Part shown: positions 28,500 to 39,889 of the stretch, piece after piece
Position numbering within the stretch: the first letter of the stretch is position 1
How the letters are laid out: every line of letters starts with the position of its first letter
Assembly (NCBI GenBank): GCA_016839585.1
Contig: JAEOTZ010000047.1
Coordinates: forward strand, 1-42,639
Source: Promethearchaeota archaeon
Lineage (GTDB): Archaea; Asgardarchaeota; Lokiarchaeia; Sigyniarchaeales; SOKP01
DNA: 42,639 nt
Direction: 5' to 3'
Made by a program: the position numbers and the translations under genes
Notes under the pieces: generated by a model
Database searches by the model: none
Seen by the model: only the letters and a program-made list of their open reading frames with translations
Told to the model about the DNA's origin: nothing

Positions 28500-29480
28500 T
28501 TAAATATATCCTGCTTGGCCAGCTGATCCTAATACTTCCTTATTCTTCATTTTTATCATTTCAATTAATTCTTGACGAGCTGAGCCTAAATATTTTCTTG
28601 GATCAAATTGATCTATGTTTTCTTGAAAATACTTTCTTATCATAGCAGTAAAAACTAAGCGACTATCTGTTGCTATATTGATTTTACATACACCATATTG
28701 AGTTGCTTTCCTTAATTGAGTTTCTGGTACTCCAAAGCTCTTTTGTAAAGAACCTCCATACGCATTTACTATGTCAACATATTTTCTTGGGACGGATGAT
28801 GCCCCATGAAGCACGATTGGAAATTTTCCTAACCTTCTTCTTACGTCTTGGAGAATATCGAATTTTAGATCAGGAATATCTTCTGCTTTCTCAACCTTGA
28901 ATTTGTAAGCTCCATGGGAAGTGCCTATAGCAATGGCTAAGGAATCACAACCAGTTCGATTAACAAAATCTTCTACTTGTTCTGGATTAGTATAATAATG
29001 ATCGCTTGCCTTCATATGGTCTTCAATACCAGCAATTACTCCTAATTCTGCTTCTACGCTAACATCTCTTTCATGAGCATAAAGAACTATTTTTTTAGTA
29101 ATATTAATGTTTTCTTCATATTCTAAATGACTTCCATCAAACATTACACTAGAATATCCTAGATCAATACAAGATTTACATAATTCAAAAGAACCTCCAT
29201 GATCTAAATGAAGAGCAATCGGTATATTATACCCTAAATCATTCGCCATTTCAACACATCCCTTACCCATATATCGAACCATTGATTTATTTATATATTT
29301 TAACGACGTTTGGGTAATCTGAACAATAACAGGTGAATCTGATTCACCACAACCAATAATAATTCCTTGTAATTGTTCAAGATTGCTTGCATTATATCCC
29401 GGTACAGCGAATTTCCTCTCCAAGGCTACTTCAAACATTCCTTTAGTATTGGAAAACCCCAATTCTTTATATGAAACCAT
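28500..29480 (-). CDS. fba: Class II fructose-1,6-bisphosphate aldolase
   Basis: LHLDHG, SSVMFDGS, VEAELG, AIGTSHGAYK, IVLHGASS, KINIATD. Confidence 0.93.
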   Translation of the reverse strand: MVSYKELGFSNTKGMFEVALERKFAVPGYNASNLEQLQGIIIGCGESDSPVIVQITQTSLKYINKSMVRYMGKGCVEMANDLGYNIPIALHLDHGGSFELCKSCIDLGYSSVMFDGSHLEYEENINITKKIVLYAHERDVSVEAELGVIAGIEDHMKASDHYYTNPEQVEDFVNRTGCDSLAIAIGTSHGAYKFKVEKAEDIPDLKFDILQDVRRRLGKFPIVLHGASSVPRKYVDIVNAYGGSLQKSFGVPETQLRKATQYGVCKINIATDSRLVFTAMIRKYFQENIDQFDPRKYLGSARQELIEMIKMKNKEVLGSAGQAGYI

Positions 29481-29578
29481 AATTATCACTTTTTATAATG
29501 TTAAAAATAATTATAATATATCAGTACAGAAGAACTTAAAAATTGAAGAGTTAAATTTGGATTAAATATGATTTTATC

Positions 29579-30511
29579 ATGAAATTAAAACCACATCGAA
29601 TTGATATCCATCATCATATTCTCCCTCCGGAATATCTCTCATCATTAGCTAAAATTGGTATTACCACAGTTACCAATTTGTCTTTCCCTAAATGGGATCC
29701 AGAACATAGTCTTGAGGTAATGGATCGACAAGGTATAGCAATAGCAATAACCTCAATATCTTCTCCTGGAATTTATTTTGGAGATCCTGAATTTGCAAGA
29801 AATCTCGCACGCCAATGTAATGAATATTCAGCTAATTTAATAGATAAGTACCCAGAGCGTTTTGGGAGCTTTGCTATTTTACCTCTTCCTGATATTGATG
29901 CTTCCTTACTTGAATTAGAATATGCTTTAGATAAATTAGGATTAGATGGTGTAGGAATGCTTACAAATTATAATGGAATATATATTGGTGATCCTGAATT
30001 TACTGATCTATTTTCAGAACTGGACCGGCGAAATGCAGTCGTATTCATTCATCCAGACGCACCTCCTTCAAATAAACTGCCTAATCTTAATCTTCCATTA
30101 TCAGTTTTAGAATTTGTTTTTGACACGACACGAGCAATAGCAAATCTTATGCATCATGGCATTTTTAAAAAATATCCTAATATTAAATTTATTTTTGCCC
30201 ATGCTGGAGGGACTGCTCCTTATCTAGCATGGAGGATTTCCTTTGGTAATAAAAGATTAATGAAACAATTTAATGATCTCTATTATGGTACTGCCTTATC
30301 TGCCACTAGGAATATTGTTCATTCACTAATGGAAATAGTAGATCATTCGCATATACTCTTTGGTAGCGATTTTCCTTTTGTTCATGAGAGAGTTGTAAAA
30401 GAAATGATTCAAGAACTTATAAATAATGATAGATTCGACAAGCAAACACGCTTAGCTATTGAACAAGAAAATGCACTTTCCCTTTTCCCTAGATTTAGGG
30501 CTTATTTATAG
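29579..30511 (+). CDS. Amidohydrolase_2 family (ACMSD / 6-methylsalicylate decarboxylase-like)
   Basis: IDIHHH, VFIHP, FDTTRA, HAGG, LFGSDFPF. Confidence 0.9.
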   Translation: MKLKPHRIDIHHHILPPEYLSSLAKIGITTVTNLSFPKWDPEHSLEVMDRQGIAIAITSISSPGIYFGDPEFARNLARQCNEYSANLIDKYPERFGSFAILPLPDIDASLLELEYALDKLGLDGVGMLTNYNGIYIGDPEFTDLFSELDRRNAVVFIHPDAPPSNKLPNLNLPLSVLEFVFDTTRAIANLMHHGIFKKYPNIKFIFAHAGGTAPYLAWRISFGNKRLMKQFNDLYYGTALSATRNIVHSLMEIVDHSHILFGSDFPFVHERVVKEMIQELINNDRFDKQTRLAIEQENALSLFPRFRAYL

Positions 30512-30581
30512 TATAGTAAAAACTATAAAATTATATCAAAACTAAGAGATACTCTCTCAAAAAAAAAGAAAATTAATATTT

Positions 30582-31478
30582 TTATATTGTAATATTAAGC
30601 TTTTGCTTTAATTCTTTATACCTAGAACGAAGAGTTACCTCAGTTACCCCAATTGAATCTGAGATTTCTTTTTGTGTATAATTTTTATCCTTCATTTTAC
30701 AAGCTAGATAAATTGCTCCTGCACATAATCCTTTAGGATCTTTTCCGCTTGTAGAGAAGTTAGTAATATATTTTGTTAAAATGTTAATGGTTAATCTTTC
30801 TATTTCAGAATCTAGATTTAATTCTACTATGTATCTAGGAACTAAAGAAATTGGATCAGTAGTAGGTGTTTTTACATTTAATTCTCTTATTAGAGTATTA
30901 TAACATCTCCTTACATCCTTTGCATTTACCGAAGTCTCATCTAAAATCTCTTGAAGTGTTCTGGGAATCTCTTTTACTCGACAAGCTAAATAAATACAAG
31001 CTGCAACCATACCATTAATTGATCTCCCTCTAAGTAATTTTCTCCTGAAAGCTTCAATATAATAGCGCATTGCTTTTTTTTTAGCATGATCTGGTAAATT
31101 TAAATTGCTACTGATTCTTTTTAATTCAGTAGTAGCGATAAGAAGATTTCTTTTTTCCCAAGTGATTCGCGTATCCCATTTTGCTGCTCTCTTTAAATCC
31201 GGATTACTAATTTTAGCTTTATCTATAACTGTACTGAAACCTATGTCAGGTGTTAAGATAGATACAGGCGATCCTGTTTGCTCTCTAGCACTCTTTTCTT
31301 GATATGTAAAAGCCCTTTTCCCAGTATGAGAAAAATCTACTTGCTTCTCATTTATTATCAAACCACATTGTCCACATACAATATCTCCCCTCTCTTCAAT
31401 TGAGATAATCTGACCCCCACATTCAGGGCAAAAATTTGAAGTTTTACTAATATTTGAAATCATAATCTTAATTTCCAC
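30582..31478 (-). CDS. tfb: Transcription initiation factor IIB
   Basis: CPECGG...CGQCG Zn ribbon, RGRSI, PRTLQEI, GKDPKGLCAGAIY, GVTEVTLRSRYKEL. Confidence 0.95.
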   Translation of the reverse strand: MEIKIMISNISKTSNFCPECGGQIISIEERGDIVCGQCGLIINEKQVDFSHTGKRAFTYQEKSAREQTGSPVSILTPDIGFSTVIDKAKISNPDLKRAAKWDTRITWEKRNLLIATTELKRISSNLNLPDHAKKKAMRYYIEAFRRKLLRGRSINGMVAACIYLACRVKEIPRTLQEILDETSVNAKDVRRCYNTLIRELNVKTPTTDPISLVPRYIVELNLDSEIERLTINILTKYITNFSTSGKDPKGLCAGAIYLACKMKDKNYTQKEISDSIGVTEVTLRSRYKELKQKLNITI

Positions 31479-31538
31479 CTTTTGATATATCCTTTTAAAA
31501 TTAAATTTAAAAAGTATATGTTTTTTCTATTCACCCTC

Positions 31539-32549
31539 TCACAATCCTATATTCTTTAATTTTTCTAATAAATCTTTCTGAGTCTTGTTCAATTTTTTAG
31601 GAACTTTAATTTTAAGCTTAACTAACAAATTTCCTCTTTGATCTGAATTTATTTTATAAAAACCTTGATTTTTTAATCTTAATAAGGATGAATCATTAGT
31701 TCCTGGAGGAACAGATACATTTAATGTTTTCTCAATACCAGATACCTGAATTTTTCCTCCAAGTACCGTAGTTGTAAAGAGAACTTCTTGTTCCACATAA
31801 ATATCATCATCTCTTCTTTCAAATTTTGGATGACTTTTAATACGTATAGCAATATATAAATCTCCGGGAACACCTCCATTTTCCCCGGGCATCCCTTTAC
31901 CTTTTAACCGTAATTTCTGATCTTCTTTAATTCCCCTTGGAATATTTACATTAAAAGTTCTTAATTGACCTGTTACTGGATCTTTATATTGAACTTTTTT
32001 CTTTCCACCATGAAATGCATCCATAAAATCGATTTCCATATCATATCTTAAATCTTCTCCCTCTCGAGGGAAATTACTATAACTAGGGGATCTTGCTCTT
32101 GTGCTCCCACTACCCCCTCTTGAGAATACGTCAAAAATATCTCCTAAATCATTAAAAAAATCATACCCACCAAAATCACTCCTTGAATTATTACGATTTC
32201 CAAAAATTTCACTAAAATCGAACCCTCCAGGTGATCCTGATGTTGAATAATAATAGGTTGTACCATCTGGACTTCGATATACATTTGCACCTCCAGGAGC
32301 ACTTCCCTGTTGTTGATATGTTGATGTATCTCCTTCTACAACCCCAAACTTGTCATACATTTCTCTTTTTTTATCATCACTCAAAACACTATAGGCTTCA
32401 TTAATTTCCTTAAATTTCTCTCCCGATTTAGGTTCATCTGGATTAACATCAGGGTGATATTTTCGAGCCATCTTACGAAATGCTCTTTTGATTTCTTCCT
32501 TTGAAGCTCCTTTATTTATGCCCAATAATTTATAATAATCTTTTGCCAT
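31539..32549 (-). CDS. dnaJ: DnaJ-family chaperone, class B (no zinc finger)
   Basis: J-domain with HPD, G/F-rich region and C-terminal domain; no CxxCxGxG repeats. Confidence 0.9.
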   Translation of the reverse strand: MAKDYYKLLGINKGASKEEIKRAFRKMARKYHPDVNPDEPKSGEKFKEINEAYSVLSDDKKREMYDKFGVVEGDTSTYQQQGSAPGGANVYRSPDGTTYYYSTSGSPGGFDFSEIFGNRNNSRSDFGGYDFFNDLGDIFDVFSRGGSGSTRARSPSYSNFPREGEDLRYDMEIDFMDAFHGGKKKVQYKDPVTGQLRTFNVNIPRGIKEDQKLRLKGKGMPGENGGVPGDLYIAIRIKSHPKFERRDDDIYVEQEVLFTTTVLGGKIQVSGIEKTLNVSVPPGTNDSSLLRLKNQGFYKINSDQRGNLLVKLKIKVPKKLNKTQKDLLEKLKNIGL

Positions 32550-32630
32550 ACTTTACAACCCCTTTTTAATTGTTAAAAAAACATTATAAACATAAATTAA
32601 ATAAAAAAAAAATTAAAAAAAATACTAATT

Positions 32631-34532
32631 TTAATCATAATCAGCATCTACTACATTATCATCTTGTCCAGTGGCTTTTCGGAATTGTTCTTGCTCAATC
32701 TCATCTTGTGTTTTTCCTTGGTGTTCATATGTAGCTCCAGGTGGTACATCACCCATTCCTCCTGGTGGAGTACCTTGATAAGGACCTTGCTGTTGACCGT
32801 ACATCCGTGATGAAACCTCATGTAGCGAATTTTGTAGAGCTTCAATAGCACCTTTTATCCGATTGACATCTTCTGATTCCATAGCACTTCTTAAATCAGA
32901 GATTTTTTCCAAAACTCCTGATTTCAAATCTCCAATAACTCCCTCGTTTTCTTTGATTAATTTTTCAGTTTGATAAATTAAAGCTTCTCCTTGATTTTTT
33001 GCTTCAGTCAGCTCTTTAAATTTCCTATCCTCTTCTGCATTTCTCTCAGCTTCTCGAATTTTCTGTTCAATATCATTATCAGACATTTTTGTAGACGCTG
33101 TTATTGTAATTGATTGACTTTTACCCGTACCCTTATCTTTCGCTGATACATTTAGAATACCGTTTTGATCAATATCAAATGATACCTCTATCTGTGGTAC
33201 TCCTCTAGGCGCTGGTGGAATTCCTGTTAAATGAAATCTTCCTAATGTTATATTGTCTCCTGCTCTTGGACGTTCACCTTGTAATACATGAATTTCAACT
33301 GCAGGTTGATTATCTGAAGCTGTTGAGAAAGTCTCTGTTTTCTTGGTTGGAATTGTTGTGTTTCGCTCAATTAATTTAGTAAAAACGCTACCTAATGTTT
33401 CTACACCTAATGATAATGGAGTAACATCTAGCAACAATAAATCTTCAACCTCACCAGTCAATACACCACCTTGAACTGAAGCACCCATCGCAACACATTC
33501 CATTGGATCGATACTACGTTCGGGAGTTTTGCCTAGTAAATTTTCGAATTTCTTTTGTATTATTGGCATTCTTGTAGGTCCACCAACTAAAATGATTTTA
33601 TCAACTTCACCCCTTGCCATCCCTGCATCTTGTAAGGCTTTTAAGATTGGAGCATCCAATCTCTTTAACACGGGGTCAATCAACTGTTCCAATTTAGCTC
33701 TTGTAAGGGTCATATTAAGATGTTTTGGACCATCATTTGTCGCCGTTATGTATGGTAAATTTATATCGGTTTTAACAGATGTCGAAAGTTCAATCTTTGC
33801 TTTCTCCCCTGTTTCCCTGACTCTCTGCGTTGCCATTGAATCTTTACTTAAATCTACACCTTCTTGTTTCTTAAATTCATCAACAAGATAATCAACAAGA
33901 ATCTTGTCCATATCTGTCCCTCCTAATTGGGTATCTCCAGCTGTTGAAATTACTTCAAATACTTGATTGTCCATCTCCATAATTGTGACATCAAAAGTAC
34001 CACCACCAAGATCTAATACTGCAATCTTTAATCTTGCTCCCTTCTTGTCTAATCCATAAGCTACGGCTGCGGCTGTGGGTTCGTTAATTAAACGCTTGAC
34101 ATTTAATCCCGCGATCCTTCCCGCATCCTTCGTAGCTTGTCTCTGGTTATCATTAAAGTATGCAGGAACTGTAATTATAGCATCGGTGACTTCCTCACCT
34201 AAATAGGCACTCGCATCTTCTTTTATTTTCCGTAAAATCATTGCAGAAATCTCTTGTGGAGAATAATCTTTACCATCAATCGTTATTTTGTATGATGTAC
34301 CCATCTTTCTCTTGATTGCTGTAATTGTTCTATCTGGATTTGATATTGCTTGCCTTCTCGCAGGTTCTCCGATTAAACGTTGACCATCCTTTGTAAATGC
34401 TACTACTGATGGAAATGCTTTGCCTCCTAATGTTAAACCCTCCGCACTCGGAATAATCGTTGGCTTGCCGCCTATCAATACAGCAGCAGCTGAGTTTGAT
34501 GTTCCTAAGTCGATTCCTATAATTTTTCCCAT
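32631..34532 (-). CDS. dnaK: Chaperone DnaK (Hsp70)
   Basis: [32 protein letters not shown]. Confidence 0.98.
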   Translation of the reverse strand: MGKIIGIDLGTSNSAAAVLIGGKPTIIPSAEGLTLGGKAFPSVVAFTKDGQRLIGEPARRQAISNPDRTITAIKRKMGTSYKITIDGKDYSPQEISAMILRKIKEDASAYLGEEVTDAIITVPAYFNDNQRQATKDAGRIAGLNVKRLINEPTAAAVAYGLDKKGARLKIAVLDLGGGTFDVTIMEMDNQVFEVISTAGDTQLGGTDMDKILVDYLVDEFKKQEGVDLSKDSMATQRVRETGEKAKIELSTSVKTDINLPYITATNDGPKHLNMTLTRAKLEQLIDPVLKRLDAPILKALQDAGMARGEVDKIILVGGPTRMPIIQKKFENLLGKTPERSIDPMECVAMGASVQGGVLTGEVEDLLLLDVTPLSLGVETLGSVFTKLIERNTTIPTKKTETFSTASDNQPAVEIHVLQGERPRAGDNITLGRFHLTGIPPAPRGVPQIEVSFDIDQNGILNVSAKDKGTGKSQSITITASTKMSDNDIEQKIREAERNAEEDRKFKELTEAKNQGEALIYQTEKLIKENEGVIGDLKSGVLEKISDLRSAMESEDVNRIKGAIEALQNSLHEVSSRMYGQQQGPYQGTPPGGMGDVPPGATYEHQGKTQDEIEQEQFRKATGQDDNVVDADYD

Positions 34533-34558
34533 ATTTCTTCACTCCTTTTTTGTTATTT

Positions 34559-35284
34559 TTAATTCTTATTTTTAATTTCTATTTTAGCTTGATTTTTTTC
34601 TAAATTTTGTAATTTTGATCTTTTTGATATCTTGACCTTCGCAGGTCTTAATAACTTGTTATTAAAATAATAACCTTTCTCTAATTCTTCTATTATTGTA
34701 TTTTCAGGGAGATCATCTCTCTCTTCTTCAACCATAACTACTTCATGCTTGTATGGATCAAATTTCTCTCCTTCTGAATTCATTATCTCTACTCCCTCTT
34801 CAGAAAGCATTTTCTTAAAATTCTTCACGATAATTTCAAACCCTTTCTTGATACCCTCAGCATTTTCAAGAATCTCCAATAAATTTAACGCTCGCACTAA
34901 GTCATCATAATGACTGATTAGGTTCTTTAAAATACCTTCCATAGCATAAGCTCGATATCTCTCATTCTCACGCTCAGAACGCTTCTTGTAATTCTCAAAA
35001 TCTGCTCGAGTTCGTAATAATGAATTCAAGTACTTTTCATTCTCTTCCACTAACTCCTTCAATTTGCGTCCATCTTCCTTCATATCGTCAAGTTCCTTTA
35101 ACAACTCGTCATTCCTCGTTCGAACTTTTTTATGCTCCTCAGCAAGCAGCTCATAATTTTCCGCTTTAGCCCTGAGGGACTCATATTCATCTCGTGAAAT
35201 CGAAATCTGATTTGAGGAATTTCGAGGATTACCTCGCTCGTTAAGAAACCTGTCAAAATATTCTTCAAATACCATACTTCTCAT
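34559..35284 (-). CDS. grpE: Nucleotide exchange factor GrpE
   Basis: RADFENYKKR, FDPYKHE, KGY...LRPAKV. Confidence 0.95.
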   Translation of the reverse strand: MRSMVFEEYFDRFLNERGNPRNSSNQISISRDEYESLRAKAENYELLAEEHKKVRTRNDELLKELDDMKEDGRKLKELVEENEKYLNSLLRTRADFENYKKRSERENERYRAYAMEGILKNLISHYDDLVRALNLLEILENAEGIKKGFEIIVKNFKKMLSEEGVEIMNSEGEKFDPYKHEVVMVEEERDDLPENTIIEELEKGYYFNNKLLRPAKVKISKRSKLQNLEKNQAKIEIKNKN

Positions 35285-35362
35285 ATCTCCCTTTCTCTTT
35301 TATTTGATACTATACCTTTCTTTTAATTTTAAAGTGTTAAACCACATATTTTTTCAGTCGAC

Positions 35363-35387
35363 AATGGTTGATTGACAATCAACCATT
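35363..35387. promoter_or_regulatory. Perfect 12-bp inverted repeat in the grpE-dnaK-dnaJ leader (candidate operator)
   Basis: AATGGTTGATTG-A-CAATCAACCATT, just downstream of a minus-strand TATA box (TTTATATA, 35427-35420). Confidence 0.65.
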
Positions 35388-35652
35388 CACATGACTTAAT
35401 ATACTAATATTAACTTGCCTATATAAAGGTTGGGATTTTAGAAAATAAAGGGAAAAAGAGGGGAATGGGGTGTTTAAGAGGAAAAATAAAAATAGTTACT
35501 TTAAAAATAAACAATATAAAAAATCTTTTTTCTCAAAAAAGGAAGATAGTACAATCAGTTTGTTTATCTAATCACCCTATTTTCAGACTTGATGTTGGGG
35601 CTCTTTTTTGGATATAAATAGTATTTCAATTTTACAATGAAACTAATGAACA

Positions 35653-35880
35653 TCATGGACCAACCTCATTGACCAAACTACCCTTTTTATATTTAAAAGC
35701 GTCACGAATTTCAATTACTCCAATAATTAATGGTAGTATCATCGTAAAGGATCTTAAAATGTAATCATGTTTATAAGTCGGATTTAAAATAAGAAAAACT
35801 ACAAACAATAAGACAAAAGAGATAATTCCAATGAAAATTGAAAAGATACCCAAATAATAATGTTTTTTCCACTTTTCCAT
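35653..35880 (-). CDS. Small two-TM membrane protein
   Basis: Two hydrophobic segments; SD GAGGTG upstream. Confidence 0.65.
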   Translation of the reverse strand: MEKWKKHYYLGIFSIFIGIISFVLLFVVFLILNPTYKHDYILRSFTMILPLIIGVIEIRDAFKYKKGSLVNEVGP

Positions 35881-36097
35881 ATAATCTTCACCTCTTCATT
35901 AATATTTATTTTCTTTGTATTTAACCCTTGCAAGGGTAGTCATCTTGTCTTTATTATTTAAGCTTACCTTACCAATGATTTTTTAATTTTTATAAAAATC
36001 ATTTTGCTATAATATATTAATGGGATAAAAAATATAATTGAGCCAACAACATAAATGTTAAATGTTTCAATATTTTTTTTTAAAACTTTACCTAATA

Positions 36098-37003
36098 TTA
36101 CTGAAAAACAGGACTTCTATTCCGTTGTAAGACATCGCGAATTTTTAAGAAAAATTTTCGTTTATTATATTCCAATTCAGATTCAGAAAAGGGAAGAAGG
36201 GACCAATAATAAGCTATTATCTCTTCTGGGTGTAACCTGTGTTGATTATTGTAAGGATCTATTTCCTCACATAAATCATATAATTTTTGGGGGGCGTTAA
36301 TAAATTTCGGTCTCTTTTCTTCATATATTGGAAAGCATCTATTATTTTCCACTTCAGATACTAAGAATGTAAAACGAAAGTAATGAAAGAAATAGCCCCC
36401 TCTATAAGGTTTTGCAGAATAGAGAAAAGGAACAGCTTTTATCGGGGCCTCATTATCTTGAAATTCAATATAGCAATTCTTTCCAATGGTATCGGGATTT
36501 GTTACATAAAGATTTTCGTATTCCTTTGGAACTTCTAATTCAGGGCATGCAACAAATCCTAATTTAGCATACCAGCTATTTCTTAATTTGGGATTGTTAG
36601 TACTAATTATATGAAGAAGTTCATGAGCAATTAGTTCTTTAAATTCTTTATATGGCCAACGAATCATTGAAAGAGGAATATAAATACAATTTCTCCTAGT
36701 GTAAGCAGCATCACTCTCTTCTCGTCCAGTGGTTTTTATAAGCATTATATTATCCAACATACATTCTTTGTACGGACTATAAGCGTTCTCTAATTCCTCG
36801 AATACTCTCTCAACTTTTTCCCTCTCAGAATTTGTCCAGTTAAGTATTTGATGAGAGAGGAATTCTAAAAATTCTTCCATTGAAGCTTTTTCTGAGGTTC
36901 CTAGGCGAGATTGTAAATCAAATTCGCTAAATTTGCCGATATATTCATCTTTTTCTGCAATGATGGAGGTCGCTGTTTTAACATTAACAAATTCAGGTTT
37001 CAT
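36098..37003 (-). CDS. Hypothetical protein with a HExxH motif (putative zinc metallopeptidase)
   Basis: LIAHELLHII and a downstream HPEEIIA. Confidence 0.65.
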   Translation of the reverse strand: MKPEFVNVKTATSIIAEKDEYIGKFSEFDLQSRLGTSEKASMEEFLEFLSHQILNWTNSEREKVERVFEELENAYSPYKECMLDNIMLIKTTGREESDAAYTRRNCIYIPLSMIRWPYKEFKELIAHELLHIISTNNPKLRNSWYAKLGFVACPELEVPKEYENLYVTNPDTIGKNCYIEFQDNEAPIKAVPFLYSAKPYRGGYFFHYFRFTFLVSEVENNRCFPIYEEKRPKFINAPQKLYDLCEEIDPYNNQHRLHPEEIIAYYWSLLPFSESELEYNKRKFFLKIRDVLQRNRSPVFQ

Positions 37004-37227
37004 ATTACCCTCTACCTCATTAAAGGAGTAAATTTCTATTTTTTATCTTATTTGGATTAAATTTACATTAAAGAATTACAAATATATTTTTAAAAATTAA
37101 TATTTAAATTACTTGGATTTATAAGAGAGCAATAAAAATCATAAGTACTAAATTTAACCAAAGTTGGATAATTCTCAAAATTTTCTTAGTCTAAGCTCTT
37201 TAAATAAAGAAATAAAAATTATCATAA

Positions 37228-37470
37228 ATGACTTTACAAAAGATAAAAGAGAAAAATTGTGCTGATTGTAATCAATCACTAACATTTGAGGAATTTTGCC
37301 GAATTAATCCCTCAATGACACAAAAAAAGGCAAAAGAATTTTGGAACGACCCCATGATTTTGATTTATTGTCCCGATTGTTATTTTAATCGCCCTGAACG
37401 ACCATTTAAAAGGAGAAGAGGATACTACAACTATTTCAGTAGATTTCGAAATAAAACTATTAGATGCTAA
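37228..37470 (+). CDS. Small zinc-finger protein with a basic tail
   Basis: CADC...CPDC followed by RPFKRRRG. Confidence 0.65.
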   Translation: MTLQKIKEKNCADCNQSLTFEEFCRINPSMTQKKAKEFWNDPMILIYCPDCYFNRPERPFKRRRGYYNYFSRFRNKTIRC

Positions 37471-37546
37471 ACTAATTTGAAAAAATAATTAAGCTAAAGA
37501 CTATTCAAATAGGTAAAAATGTTTAAAATGATATAGTGATTATATA

Positions 37547-38056
37547 ATGGATTTTTATGATGTTGTTAGGAAGAGAAGAAGTTATCGTTTTTACAAACCA
37601 GATATGCCTGAGAAAGTAAAAATCGATAATATTTTAGAAGCTGCTCGATTAGCACCGACATGGGCAAACCTACAAGGTGTACATTATATTGTTGTTCAAG
37701 AACCGGAAAATGTAAAAGCTATATGGAGAGCAATAGATCAATCAGAAAAGTTTATTGAAGCACCTATGTTTATTGTAGGAACAATTTCTGAAGAATATTC
37801 TGGAGAAAGGGGCATTAAGTATTACCCTGTGGATTTCGGAATTTGTTTTGAGCATTTAATCTTAGCAGCAACCGCTGAAGGATTAGCAACTTGTTGGATT
37901 GGATATTTTAATGAGAAAGAAATAAAACAAATTCTAAAAATCCCAAAAAAATATAAAGTTTTAGGTATAACACCATTAGGATACCCCGTTAAACCTAAAG
38001 GTGAAGTTAGAAACCGTAAACCAATTGAAGAAATAGTGCATTATGAAAAATTTTAA
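37547..38056 (+). CDS. Nitroreductase family protein
   Basis: RRSYR, AARLAPTWANLQ, LAATAEGLATCWIG, LGYP, RKP. Confidence 0.93.
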   Translation: MDFYDVVRKRRSYRFYKPDMPEKVKIDNILEAARLAPTWANLQGVHYIVVQEPENVKAIWRAIDQSEKFIEAPMFIVGTISEEYSGERGIKYYPVDFGICFEHLILAATAEGLATCWIGYFNEKEIKQILKIPKKYKVLGITPLGYPVKPKGEVRNRKPIEEIVHYEKF

Positions 38057-38137
38057 AAAAAGAAAAATAAATCCTAATCTCTTTATTTTTGAATGAGTCT
38101 CCTCTTTTTTTATACCTTATACAAAAATAAAGAAAGA

Positions 38138-38422
38138 TTAAGTTTTTATTAATTTGTTAAGTTCTGTGAGTTTATCTAGAACTGTTTTACCTTTTTTAGT
38201 CAGTCCTATATATGTCTTACCGTTGTTTTTTTCAATGCTAATTAATTTTTTTTCTATTAGTTTATCTTTTACTCGGAGAAACGAATTATAATAGCTAATT
38301 CTATTTAACTTATCATAAAAAACGCGTTTTTCAGTTTTATTATTTTCGAATTGAGAGAGAATTTGAAAAGTGTCGTTAATTCCCCTTTTTTTTATGAAAT
38401 TTATCAATTCTTCTACCGTCAT
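38138..38422 (-). CDS. Small winged-helix protein
   Basis: C-terminal LIEKKLI...IGLTKKGK wing pattern. Confidence 0.65.
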   Translation of the reverse strand: MTVEELINFIKKRGINDTFQILSQFENNKTEKRVFYDKLNRISYYNSFLRVKDKLIEKKLISIEKNNGKTYIGLTKKGKTVLDKLTELNKLIKT

Positions 38423-38578
38423 AAGAAATAAGACCTAAGTATCATTATTTAATTATTGTTATTAAATTATGGACAGAATAAAAAGGTTTTAAAAATTTAA
38501 CATTTCTGTACCATTATAACGTAAATATTTTCGATTTTTATGGTTTTCCAATTATGTAAAAATATAATATTAACAATT

Positions 38579-39250
38579 ATGATTGACCCAATTAAACTAA
38601 CAAAAAGTATTCAGAGTGATGTATGTAGCAATAATTCGAGAAAGTTTTATAGATTTCGAAAAACTCATTTCTATGGGGGATGTGCCACTGCTGATTGCTT
38701 AGGTTGTAACCTAAGATGTGCTTATTGTTGGGCTCAGAAAAAAATTTGGAATCCAGAGAAATTTGGCAAATACTATTCACCAAGAGAAATTAGTGAAAAG
38801 CTGGTAAAAATGGATTTATCATTGATACGAATAAGTGGTGGAGAACCTACAATATGTAAGAGAAATTTGTTTGATTTAATAAATTTGATTCCAAAAAATA
38901 CTTTGTATATTCTTGAGACAAATGGAATATTGCTAGATGAAAACTATATAAAAGATTTAAGTAAACTCAAGAATATTTATGTAAGAGTTTCTTTAAAGGG
39001 AATTGATGAAAAAACCTTCGAAACTATCACAGGAGCAGAGGGAAAGTTTTTTAAAAATCAGTTAAATGCTTTAGAAATGCTTAAGAAATATGAAATAAAA
39101 CATAGAGCAGCGATCCTAATTGATTTGTTCACAGATGTTCAAATACAAAATTTAGGAATTCCTGATTTAGAATATGAAACTCTGATTAGATACCCCTTTG
39201 TGTTAAAAAATCTTAAAAAGAAAGGTATAGAAATTGTTAGGGAACATTAA
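38579..39250 (+). CDS. Radical SAM protein
   Basis: CNLRCAYC, RISGGEPT, LETNG. Start probably MIDPIK. Confidence 0.9.
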   Translation: MIDPIKLTKSIQSDVCSNNSRKFYRFRKTHFYGGCATADCLGCNLRCAYCWAQKKIWNPEKFGKYYSPREISEKLVKMDLSLIRISGGEPTICKRNLFDLINLIPKNTLYILETNGILLDENYIKDLSKLKNIYVRVSLKGIDEKTFETITGAEGKFFKNQLNALEMLKKYEIKHRAAILIDLFTDVQIQNLGIPDLEYETLIRYPFVLKNLKKKGIEIVREH

Positions 39251-39276
39251 ATTATTTTAAAAACTATTATTAATGT

Positions 39277-39492
39277 CTATTTCCGCTTTTTTTTATTCTT
39301 GTCATTTGGTAAAAAGGATTCGAAAAAGCCTTTCATCTCTTGAAGAGATACTCTGTTCTCATCTTCAATATCCTCATCAATTTCTTTATAAAATTCCAGA
39401 TTGCAATTAGCACATTCAAAAGTCTTACCATAATTTATTAAATTTGATGATCCACACCGAGGGCACTTAAATTCTTTGATAATTTTGCTCAC
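39277..39492 (-). CDS. Small Zn-ribbon protein
   Basis: CPRCGS...CANC. Confidence 0.7.
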   Translation of the reverse strand: MSKIIKEFKCPRCGSSNLINYGKTFECANCNLEFYKEIDEDIEDENRVSLQEMKGFFESFLPNDKNKKKRK

Positions 39493-39889
39493 AACATTTC
39501 TGTAGATAGAATTTAACTCCGCCTACACTCTGGATAGTTAAAGAAAAATAGGAGTTATCTTTTTAAATATTTTTATTGTTAAACTATTTTCAGTTTCTTA
39601 CATTGAATTTATAATTCCTATCAATTCCTAATTAAATATATATGATTTAATATACATTGTTCACTGACAATACTGTCTATTTAAAAATGATAATCATTAA
39701 AAAAAAATCATTTTTATTAGAACGGAATCTAAATCAATTATACCAATTTAAATTTGATTTTTTATTAAGGAATTGTCTAAGCTTAATTAGTTATGAGATT
39801 ATGATATATAATTAAGTTGGAAAAACCTTTCAGTCCATTTTATTTCAATTTAATTTATAAAATTTAAACCTTCAAATTTAGTTAATTCT

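Noticed and set aside
38698-38715. Inverted repeat CTTAGGTT-GT-AACCTAAG
   Set aside because: Encodes the radical SAM LGCNLR segment and has no BHB geometry; likely chance.
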